Source: a virus. From it: DNA of 64,000 nucleotides. Under the pieces are notes generated by a model that made no database searches, was not told the DNA's origin, and saw nothing but the letters and a program-made list of their open reading frames with translations. Both the position numbers and the translations under genes were made by a program. Below are positions 27,532-35,274 of this stretch, piece by piece; position 1 is the first letter of the stretch; each line of letters starts with the position of its first letter. Location: positions 1 to 64,000 of IMG/VR virus record IMGVR_UViG_3300033186_000039, one strand, 5' to 3'.

Positions 27532-28371
27532 GTGATGTTATTGGCATTTTACATTCGGTACTGTTGGTATCCAGCAACCGCCAAATCGGCTTGGTTTCTT
27601 ATTGACTTAACGCTTTACCTGTATCACTGGGATGATAGTGAATACCTGAAAAGCAGAGAGCAATGGGCGGCAAGATTCAATGATTTATTTAGCGAAATTT
27701 CTTATTACTGCTGGTCACGGTTTCCGTACTACTTAGGGATAATTAGACAAATGGCAAGAATTGTAAATCGTGACGACCGCGCTTTAGACATGGATAAAGT
27801 GGTTAATGGTCAATACTTTGTGTTGGTTTATGTTGATGGTGAAGCGCATTCATTGCCGCGCATTGACATTGCAAAAGCAATTACTGACCAAGCACGGGAA
27901 AAACTGCAAAATACTTCTGATGAAGAAGAACGCGCAAAACAAGAACAAATTATTTTGGACTTCGACCCTGAACAAAACGCTAAAGTGAAACTGGCACACA
28001 TGGGTGATGCTAACAAATACTGGAGCGATTTTACAGCGGGCAAATTCCAAAAAGCCTTGAAGAGCAGTGGCAGCAAAGGTAAAGTCAAGCAAGTCGGCAA
28101 GCGTGGTGATGCAGGCAGTGACATTGACCTTAAAGTGCAGCGTGAAGTAATGGATAACGCGGTTGCTGAGGTGATCATTGTTGATTGGAACGGTATTGAA
28201 ATTGATGGTAGCCCAGACTGTACATTGGATGCACGTAAGAAGTGGGTCAATAAGTTTGAGCCTGAGTGGAAAGCTATTATTACTGAAACAGCGGGCGAAG
28301 TGTCGAACTACCGTGAAATGACACCTGACTTGATGCAAACCAGCATGGATGACATCGTAAAAAACTTGTAG
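27532..28371 (+). CDS. Tail assembly chaperone, G-like product (start uncertain: 27532/27535 or ATG 27751)
   Basis: The ORF ends ...GTA AAA AAC TTG TAG, with a slippery heptamer 4 nt before the stop and a long -1 frame extension. This is the classic G/GT arrangement. Confidence 0.65.
   Translation: MMLLAFYIRYCWYPATAKSAWFLIDLTLYLYHWDDSEYLKSREQWAARFNDLFSEISYYCWSRFPYYLGIIRQMARIVNRDDRALDMDKVVNGQYFVLVYVDGEAHSLPRIDIAKAITDQAREKLQNTSDEEERAKQEQIILDFDPEQNAKVKLAHMGDANKYWSDFTAGKFQKALKSSGSKGKVKQVGKRGDAGSDIDLKVQREVMDNAVAEVIIVDWNGIEIDGSPDCTLDARKKWVNKFEPEWKAIITETAGEVSNYREMTPDLMQTSMDDIVKNL
28359..28365 (+). promoter_or_regulatory. -1 programmed ribosomal frameshift site A_AAA_AAC
   Basis: The zero-frame codons are gtA AAA AAC, a canonical X_XXY_YYZ heptamer. 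Confidence 0.65.
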
Positions 28372-28808
28372 CCTTCATCCGCCGTGGTTCGCAAGATGCA
28401 AAGCTGAAAAGCTTAGAGGGCAAAGTTGAATTTTACGAAGAAAACTTTGTCCACGAGAACCCAGACCACGCGGACTACGACGACTACCGTGCCGCCGCCG
28501 AACAGCTTGATAAAATCTACGATGACAATGCCACCATTGGCGTGTTTGAAGAAGAGTTTATCCGCTGTTACTACGAAATACGCAACCGCACAGCGGGAAG
28601 CGGATTTGGTGTGTCGCCGATTGCCATTATTGACATTGACCTGTATTGGCAACGTCAACTGACAGATTTGACGTGGTACGTGTCTTATCAAGACTATTTC
28701 CAAGTCATCTGCGCAATGGACAATGAGTTTCTCGCGGTAGAAAACGAGAAAGAAAAAAGGCGACAAGACCAAGAAAAGGCGAAAAGCAAGGTGAGAGGCA
28801 AACGTTAA
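28364..28808 (+). CDS. T-like extension of the chaperone (the -1 frame part of the GT fusion)
   Basis: The -1 frame is open from 28353 to TAA 28806-28808 (151 codons). It has no ATG before about 28710, and its first GTG is at 28542. The sequence is acidic and protein-like (EFYEENFVHENPDHADYDDYRAAAEQL...). Confidence 0.6.
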
Positions 28809-28853
28809 AAAAAACAGTGATAGGAGTGCCCGCATCGGCGGGTTTTGTTTGAT

Positions 28854-29108
28854 ATGGCGAGAAAAGAAACCGATTTACCAAAAGAGAAGATCGCCCTTCT
28901 CAACGAAGTCAGAGCGATGCAAAAGCGACTGACAGAAATTCACCAACAACTTATAGCTGATACGCTTGCTGAAAACACAAGTGTATTAGACGCGGCTCAC
29001 TATAATGCAATTGAGAAATTGTCAATCTTTGTGGGCGTGATGGCGACAAACGATACAGCGGCTTATCAATGTCCAACCCCGTCGGAAGACGGCAACACGG
29101 AATACTAA
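28854..29108 (+). CDS. Hypothetical protein (84 aa)
   Basis: ATG 28854. Helical composition. Confidence 0.45.
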   Translation: MARKETDLPKEKIALLNEVRAMQKRLTEIHQQLIADTLAENTSVLDAAHYNAIEKLSIFVGVMATNDTAAYQCPTPSEDGNTEY

Positions 29109-29130
29109 AGCCCACTTAGGATAATTAACT

Positions 29131-29217
29131 TGTCAGAATCAGAATTATCAAAATTCAATAATTAACAGAATAACCCATTCTGAAAATTTAAAAATTCGGT
29201 TAATTCTGATTCAGACA
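29131..29217. mobile_element. MITE-like 87-bp element
   Basis: TIRs TGTCAGAATCAGAATT (29131-29146) and AATTCTGATTCAGACA (29202-29217). It ends 15 nt before ATG 29233. Confidence 0.65.
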
Positions 29218-29232
29218 TTAAAGGAAAAGACA

Positions 29233-29514
29233 ATGCACGCAAGAAGACCAACGGAATCAACCAACAAACTCGAAGCCCAACAATTACTTATTTGCGAACA
29301 AATATTTAATGACCTTGCTAAAGTCATGACTGGCGATGAAGAATTTTCATCAAAAGATAAAGATATGCTTGACAAGCAATATATCAAAGCGTTAGAAGCA
29401 GTCGTGCTGGCCATTAAAATCCGCGATGCGCACAACCCACCAAAAATCAAGCAAGACATCAAAGCCAAAACCAAGCCGCAATGCCGCTTTTGTCCTAGCA
29501 AGTTTTTCAGTTAA
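29233..29514 (+). CDS. Hypothetical protein (93 aa)
   Basis: AAAGGA SD. No motif recognised. Confidence 0.5.
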   Translation: MHARRPTESTNKLEAQQLLICEQIFNDLAKVMTGDEEFSSKDKDMLDKQYIKALEAVVLAIKIRDAHNPPKIKQDIKAKTKPQCRFCPSKFFS

Positions 29515-29517
29515 ACC

Positions 29518-30273
29518 ATGCCACTACCGCAAACACTACACACCCACGCTGAATTCACAGAAGCCATTGTGAAACGGTTTTATCGCTGCTGGGGCACGGC
29601 GCACACGGGCACGATAGACCTGATTGCGCCCAATGCCGTTTCAGCAACGGGCGTGGACTTGTCCTTATTGTCAGTGGGGCAGAATATCACCCTGCTTGAT
29701 GGCTTTGGTGCCAGCCGCTATCGGCAGTTGGTCATTGCCAGCATTGACACCAGCAGCGACCCGCATACCCTGACAGTAGAAGTCCCGCCTGAACGAGTCA
29801 CCACCGAGTTAAGCTCATCACAGGTATTTGCGTCAGATGTGGCAGCAACGGGTAGTGAGCGATTGATTGGGGTCAAAACGCCGTGGGCGGTGCAATATGC
29901 GACAGGCGGCTTGCAGTGGTATGCCGGTAGCTTGCCGCACAACGCCCCGTTTTTAGTCGTGGACTTAGGGCAAGCCGAAGTCTCCAAACGCCATCAAACC
30001 GTCGGCAATGGGCAATGGAATTACCGACACGACGGCGTGATGCGCCTCAAGCTATTCACCCCTAATTCATCTCAATACGCCCGTCAGAAGGATTTTATCG
30101 GTTTGTCAGACTGGGTTGCGGGGTGTGTGAATAACGTTTGTGACGATGGCGTATATACCCTAGACGGTGGCATCCAACGCGCTATTCCTATGCCCGATCA
30201 TAACGGCTTTGACGGGATTTATATGGATGTCAAGTATTGGTGGATTCGGTGGGGGATTGATTTTGATGGGTGA
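29518..30273 (+). CDS. Virion structural protein candidate (251 aa)
   Basis: Contains the shared LSVGQNITL...IDTSSDPHTLTV domain. Confidence 0.55.
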   Translation: MPLPQTLHTHAEFTEAIVKRFYRCWGTAHTGTIDLIAPNAVSATGVDLSLLSVGQNITLLDGFGASRYRQLVIASIDTSSDPHTLTVEVPPERVTTELSSSQVFASDVAATGSERLIGVKTPWAVQYATGGLQWYAGSLPHNAPFLVVDLGQAEVSKRHQTVGNGQWNYRHDGVMRLKLFTPNSSQYARQKDFIGLSDWVAGCVNNVCDDGVYTLDGGIQRAIPMPDHNGFDGIYMDVKYWWIRWGIDFDG

Positions 30274-30319
30274 TATTCAGTTTTCACACTCTTTACACAA
30301 ACCAGCATAAGGGGATTTT

Positions 30320-30621
30320 ATGCAAGATGAGAAAGTAATTCAGGCAGAAATTCAACGCAATTGGCTAAATGCGCCGCGATTAACGCCTGAACACATTGAT
30401 TCCGTTATTGTAGACGAGGAATACTATGTTTTTTCCAAAAAACACAATTAACGGTGTGTTGCTTAACGCTGAAAAACGGCTTTAATGTCACGGGCGAAAG
30501 CGCATGTGCCAGCCATGAAAATTTTGACGCTGAGATTGGGCGTAAAGTTTCACGCAGCAAGGCACGGGAAAAAATCTGGGCACTTGAAGTGCTATTTGTT
30601 GAAGGACAAAATGCAAAGTGA
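30320..30621 (+). pseudogene. N4 gp49 / Sf6 gp66-like gene interrupted by a -1 frame change at an A6 run
   Basis: AAGGGGA SD and ATG 30320. Frame 0 stops at 30449-30451. The -1 frame continues TQLTVCCLTLKNGFNVTGESACASHENFDAEIGRKVSRSKAREKIWALE, the family signature as I remember it. A6 is at 30437-30442 and T6 just upstream. Not in the ORF track. Confidence 0.65.
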
Positions 30622-30832
30622 CGCTGATAGCTAGAATTAAAAAAAAATTCTTGAATTTTTATGTTGTTTTGCGCCATTTTAGCCGTGTTCATTCCAGTTG
30701 TTCACTTTTACAGCAGCTTAATTGCAAAAGCAATTTTTAATTTGTCCAAATAATCAACGAGATGGGCTGAGGCGCGAAGCCCACCTTTCGTGTTTAAAAA
30801 AAATTAAATATTAAATTAAGGACAGTAAAAAG

Positions 30833-31270
30833 ATGAAAAACAAACCAATTATATGCCTCGACTTTGATGGCGTGATTCACTCGTACACAAGTGGCTGGAA
30901 AGGGGCTGATGTGATTGCTGACCCACCTGTGTATGGCGCATTCGATGCGATTAAAGAATACGCCAAACACTTTGATGTACGTGTGTTTTCATCTCGCAGT
31001 AATCAGAATGGCGGCATTGATGCTATGCGGACGTGGTTTATTAAACATGGTTATCCATCCAAAGATGGCATTAACCCAGATAACATTACATTCTCAACCG
31101 AAAAGCCGCCTGCAATACTCACGATTGATGATCGTGGCTACATGTTTACTGGTGATTTTCCTAGTGTTGAATGGGTTAATGATTTTCAGCCGTGGTATAA
31201 AAAAGACCACATGGAAACAATGCGCGATGACGGGATTGATGTGGTTAACGGATATGAAAATAAAATCTAA
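30833..31270 (+). CDS. HAD-superfamily phosphatase (nucleotidase-like)
   Basis: DFDGVIH (DxDxV), SSRS and TIDDRG motifs. Confidence 0.65.
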   Translation: MKNKPIICLDFDGVIHSYTSGWKGADVIADPPVYGAFDAIKEYAKHFDVRVFSSRSNQNGGIDAMRTWFIKHGYPSKDGINPDNITFSTEKPPAILTIDDRGYMFTGDFPSVEWVNDFQPWYKKDHMETMRDDGIDVVNGYENKI

Positions 31271-31611
31271 TGTTTTATGAATCAAAAGAAGAATTTGAGG
31301 CAGCTAAAAAGCAGCGAATAGGGTTGATTCGTGATGCGGCGCAGTATATCCATAAATATGGCGATCCATTTAATCCTGATAACCATAATTTTATGGTTGG
31401 AGGGTTGCGTGAATTTTCACTAACACAAAAAATTCGGTTTGCGCTGAAAGGTTTTCTAGGGACTCATAATGTTAATGATGCTTCAACATGCTGGTTTAGT
31501 AGATATTTTTTAGATGTGCATGACTACCAAGAAAGCAAAGGCGGCAATGGGTATCCTATACATTATTACACCTACGAGTGTCCAACCTGTGGGAAAAAAT
31601 TTCTTATCTAG
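31270..31611 (+). CDS. Hypothetical protein with C-terminal CPTCG
   Basis: TAATG overlap with the preceding gene. Confidence 0.5.
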   Translation: MFYESKEEFEAAKKQRIGLIRDAAQYIHKYGDPFNPDNHNFMVGGLREFSLTQKIRFALKGFLGTHNVNDASTCWFSRYFLDVHDYQESKGGNGYPIHYYTYECPTCGKKFLI

Positions 31612-31655
31612 GGGTGGCTATAAACCCCGAACAGCAAACCATGTGAGGTTAAAAA

Positions 31656-31925
31656 ATGACAATCCAAAGTTGTCTAGCAAACAAAAAACTGCGCATTGCT
31701 GATGAAGTGATGCACGCAATTCAAAATCACACCCAGAACACAGACTTGGCACGCGAAGCATTGCTGATTGCGCTCCATGCAACAATCGGAAGTGAGCATT
31801 ATAATGATTCGATTGGTGTTTATGATGTTGGTGAAGCGCGTGAAGCACAATATACTGACAATGAATGCCAAATTCAGACCGAAAACCATGTCTCCAATCT
31901 TTGTGAGCAAGGTACTTGGGCGTAG
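31656..31925 (+). CDS. Hypothetical protein (89 aa)
   Basis: ORF only. Confidence 0.45.
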   Translation: MTIQSCLANKKLRIADEVMHAIQNHTQNTDLAREALLIALHATIGSEHYNDSIGVYDVGEAREAQYTDNECQIQTENHVSNLCEQGTWA

Positions 31926-31936
31926 GTACTAGACAG

Positions 31937-32107
31937 ATGAGCAAGCAAGACTGCGTTGTTAAGCGAGAAAGTGTTCCGTATGTGATATTTTCGATGACTG
32001 GTGCTGGAGCAATTCTAACAAAAGCATATCATCTGAATAATGAGTGGACTCATGCTGTAATGCTTCGTCAACATTTTACTGCCAAAGATTGGATGATTGA
32101 TAACTGA
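31937..32107 (+). CDS. Hypothetical protein (56 aa from ATG 31937)
   Basis: Weak SD. Its stop abuts the duplicated methyltransferase fragment. Confidence 0.3.
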   Translation: MSKQDCVVKRESVPYVIFSMTGAGAILTKAYHLNNEWTHAVMLRQHFTAKDWMIDN

Positions 32108-32208
32108 ACCACCTAGACCTCTGTTCAGGCATCGGCGGCTTTGCATTAGCTGCAAGCTGGCTTGAACTCAACACCGTGGCGTTTTGTGAAATTGACAAAT
32201 TTTGTCAG
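32105..32208 (+). repeat. Truncated duplicate of the first 104 nt of the methyltransferase gene (CTG instead of ATG)
   Basis: 101/104 identical to 32404-32507. All 3 differences are synonymous third positions in the MTase frame. Confidence 0.9.
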
Positions 32209-32212
32209 TTTT

Positions 32213-32284
32213 TGTAGGATGGGCTGACCAACGGGAAGCCCATCTTCCGCGATTGATGGGCTTCGTACCTCAGCCCATCCTACA
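32213..32284. repeat. Composite double hairpin TGTAGGATGGGCTGA..GAAGCCCATC / GATGGGCTTC..CAGCCCATCCTACA
   Basis: Read directly. Its architecture matches 38850-38922. Confidence 0.85.
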
Positions 32285-32402
32285 TATCCTACACTCCCAA
32301 GCAGGGGCTTGGGCGAGATGATTTTGTCAAAATAGCTTGATTCTGATGTGGCTTTATGGGAAGATGGAGGCGTGGACAATCTAAGGATTATTTATAATAA
32401 TA

Positions 32403-33284
32403 ATGAACCACCTAGACCTATGCTCAGGCATCGGCGGCTTTGCATTAGCTGCAAGCTGGCTTGAACTCAACACCGTAGCGTTTTGTGAAATTGACAAATT
32501 TTGTCAGAAAATCTTACACCAAAACTTTCCCGATGTGCCGATTCATGGCGACATCAAACAGTTAGACGGCACGCAATACCAAGGACGCATTGATATTATC
32601 ACCGCTGGCTACCCGTGCCAGCCCTTTTCATTAGCAGGGAAGCAAAAAGGGCATGAAGACCCAAGACACTTATGGCCAGATGTGTTTGGAATTATCCAGC
32701 AAACCCAGCCCCCTTGGGTCTTGTGTGAAAACGTTGCAGGACATGTCAAACTGGGACTCGACGAAGTTTGCATGGACTTGGAAAGCCAAGGCTACGCCGT
32801 CGAACCGATTATTATACCGGCTAGTGCCGTCCAAGCTCCCCATCGACGCGAGCGCGTGTGGATTATTGCCTACGCCGACCGCTTCCGATGCGACAGTCGC
32901 GGCAATTATCGGCAAACAGGATACCATCGTGCAGAAGCCCAGCAGCGTATTGCGGCGTATCAACAAAACTGGCAAGGACGGCGGCTTGGGTTTGAGCAGA
33001 ACGATGCAAGTAGTGGAGATGCTACCAACCCCTTGTGCAACCGAGTACAAGGGTGTGAGCAAGAAGCGTTTTGTTGGCAGCCCACACTATCATGGAACAA
33101 AGACTGCCGAAAAGTTCAGGACTACACCAGACTGCCCGACCTACCTCAACCCCTACTTCCTAGAGGCGATAATGGGCTTCCCAATCGGGTGGACAGAACT
33201 AAAGGACTAGGTAACGCCATCGTTCCACAAGTCGCGTATCAGATATTGAAGGCGATACAGGCGGCGGATAAAGAGAAACTTTAG
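32403..33284 (+). CDS. dcm: DNA (cytosine-5) methyltransferase
   Basis: Motif I DLCSGIGGF, IV GYPCQPFS, VI LCENV, VIII QAPHRRERVWIIA and X GLGNAIVPQVA, all in one frame. Confidence 0.8.
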   Translation: MNHLDLCSGIGGFALAASWLELNTVAFCEIDKFCQKILHQNFPDVPIHGDIKQLDGTQYQGRIDIITAGYPCQPFSLAGKQKGHEDPRHLWPDVFGIIQQTQPPWVLCENVAGHVKLGLDEVCMDLESQGYAVEPIIIPASAVQAPHRRERVWIIAYADRFRCDSRGNYRQTGYHRAEAQQRIAAYQQNWQGRRLGFEQNDASSGDATNPLCNRVQGCEQEAFCWQPTLSWNKDCRKVQDYTRLPDLPQPLLPRGDNGLPNRVDRTKGLGNAIVPQVAYQILKAIQAADKEKL

Positions 33285-33349
33285 GAGTCACTTATGAGTA
33301 TGCGCCTCGGTGCGCCTGTCGCGCTGGGGCGTGGACTCCTTGAGCTTTT

Positions 33350-33952
33350 TTAATCATGCCGACTCATCACCATTACCTTGTTTTCAAAATCAAAACCAAA
33401 CGCCTTACGGAATGGACTGATCAGTGTTAAATCAATAGTCACTGGTATTCCTTTAAGGAGTGGTATTTCTTTAAAGCTGCTCTTATCTATTTTAAGAAAG
33501 GTATAAAAAAGAGAGTTTGGCTTGGCTTCAAAATAAGTATAACCAGCACCGAGCATGTCAGCCGCTACATCATCAAGAGATGGCGTTTTTAATATATTTG
33601 ACAACACTTTATGCTCTGCAAAATCTTGGCCTCGCCGGCCGTCATGGGCATAGCCTACTGAATGTATATAAAACACGTCACGGCTAAACTTAAAAAAAAC
33701 CTCGTATTCAACTCCTGCCCAGCAATCAAAAGAATAGAAAACCATCGGCTTAGCGTCAAGCACTTTTAGTAGCAGAGCGGACAAGTTAGCTTGACCTACA
33801 ACCTGTACATTTTTCACGTCGCCTTGCGTGACTTTGTATATTGCCTTTTCAATATCTAATAAGACCATTTCCGACAAATCACCATACCCTGCCGCCTTTA
33901 TTTTATCAATCAAACTATTCAAGTTTAAATCTCCTTGTGTTATTCCAAACAC
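33350..33952 (-). CDS. Hypothetical protein (200 aa)
   Basis: Its N-terminal LNLNSLIDKIKAAGYGDLS is shared with the 34428 gene. Confidence 0.55.
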   Translation of the reverse strand: MFGITQGDLNLNSLIDKIKAAGYGDLSEMVLLDIEKAIYKVTQGDVKNVQVVGQANLSALLLKVLDAKPMVFYSFDCWAGVEYEVFFKFSRDVFYIHSVGYAHDGRRGQDFAEHKVLSNILKTPSLDDVAADMLGAGYTYFEAKPNSLFYTFLKIDKSSFKEIPLLKGIPVTIDLTLISPFRKAFGFDFENKVMVMSRHD

Positions 33953-34173
33953 ATCGCCGTCGTTTCTTCATTACACTCTTCTTCACTAATTGCAGCATTG
34001 ATGGCTTCGCGCATGAGCTTCATTGCGGCGAGATTGAGTTCTTGCTGTGTGTCAAACTCATAGGTAAAATTAATCTTGCGCAACAACTCATGCAACTCAG
34101 CTTCTTTGTGGTGCAAGATAAAATCCACTAAAGAACCTGCTAGTGACTCTAGCAGGTCTGCTTGTTCAGTCAT
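33940..34173 (-). CDS. Hypothetical acidic protein (77 aa)
   Basis: ATGA overlap with the upstream gene. Confidence 0.5.
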   Translation of the reverse strand: MTEQADLLESLAGSLVDFILHHKEAELHELLRKINFTYEFDTQQELNLAAMKLMREAINAAISEEECNEETTAMCLE

Positions 34174-34428
34174 GTTTCCCCCTTCAGTAATACTGTTTTA
34201 GATCGATAAATGGTTTCATTTTTTTCTCCAAGAAAAGCTATAACTTCTACTTGTCGCAGCCACACCCATGTCCCGCGCAAATCTTGATGCGGCTTTGTTA
34301 AGGCTAAACGCTCTAAACCCAAACCGCCCATGCCACATATCACACTCCATGCGTCTAAGAAACTTAAAGGCAAATGGCGACAATTCACTATAACCTACCG
34401 CCTTGAATTTATCATTCAAACTATTCAA
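34170..34428 (-). pseudogene. Small gene readable only by combining two frames
   Basis: The frame starting at 34428 (TTG) has the paralog-like N-terminus NSLNDKFKAVGYSELS. The other frame supplies a protein-like C-terminus ending in an ATGA overlap with the next gene. Both frames are open over 34216-34388. Confidence 0.4.
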
Positions 34429-34442
34429 TTTTAAACCTCATT

Positions 34443-34792
34443 TTAAACCAAAAACGCTTTATATTTCTCACTCAACTCTTTTGGCTTTTCAACATCCTGA
34501 ACAACCAAATCATCAACATGATCCGCATCAATATTAACCACAGCAAACGTTCTCGCTGGCAGTTTTAACTCTGCAATCTCCGCATCACTCAACACTACCT
34601 TTAGCTCGTCAATATCAACACTGATACTGCCACCATCCAGCACAGCACAGCACAGTACAGCACAGCACAGCACAGCACAGCACAACCGGGTATCTGAATC
34701 TCAAACAATTCATCGCAAACCTCAATAATGCGAATAAGCGTTCTGAACATATCAGATTCATCCAAGTTGCGCCCTTGGTAGCGGGGTATCAA
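34443..34792 (-). CDS. Gene split by a pentanucleotide repeat (candidate phase-variable gene, currently out of frame)
   Basis: The upstream segment (TTG 34792 / ATG 34750) runs into the repeat and stops at 34601. The downstream 80 codons (to 34443) have no ATG, and the track start is a TTG inside the repeat. Confidence 0.5.
34638..34684. repeat. (CACAG)n microsatellite, about 9.5 units, one unit TACAG
   Basis: Read directly. Units start at 34641, 46, 51, 56 (T variant), 61, 66, 71 and 76. Confidence 0.95.
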
Positions 34793-34885
34793 AAGCGGCT
34801 TTAACGTCGGTGGCGTTCATGTTTGTCCTTTAATGTGTTTAGGAGTCCGCACCTCGGTGCGCCCGTCACGCCAAGGCGTGGACTC

Positions 34886-35152
34886 CTACTCAACCTCATC
34901 CAACAAAAACCTCGCCGCCACCCATCTCCTAAACACCGGGTTTTTAATTCGCCGATGCCCTGCAACCCATTCATAATGCAGCTTATCAGACACACAAGCG
35001 CGATGCACCACCTTATACCCTGCTGATTGCGTCGTGCCATTGAGTTCAGCGACAAAGTTCCCGCAATCGGTAATTGTCAGAATTGCTTTATTGGGTATGC
35101 GTATGTTTTCATTCATAAACGAACCACTGTTACCATAATACCATGAAAGCAT
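34886..35152 (-). CDS. Hypothetical protein (88 aa)
   Basis: ORF. Its 3' end overlaps the GGAGTCC..GGACTCC hairpin (34841-34887). Confidence 0.45.
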   Translation of the reverse strand: MLSWYYGNSGSFMNENIRIPNKAILTITDCGNFVAELNGTTQSAGYKVVHRACVSDKLHYEWVAGHRRIKNPVFRRWVAARFLLDEVE

Positions 35153-35274
35153 AGCAAATAAAATCCCATTCCCCCCATTTTTCCCGCCGAATTGTCAGCT
35201 TCTCTGCTAGTTTTGTCAACTGAAAGGAAAATATTGAGCAAGGACGCTCACTACCTCAAAAGGATTTTGACAAC

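Noticed and set aside
32146-32379. 77-aa minus-strand ORF
   Set aside because: It is composed almost entirely of the duplicated MTase fragment (antisense) and hairpin repeats.
32105-32507. Interpreting the 104-bp repeat pair as a DGR template/variable repeat
   Set aside because: The substitutions are not adenine-specific (A/C, C/T, A/G), no reverse transcriptase is in the window, and the repeat is the conserved N-terminus of an enzyme.
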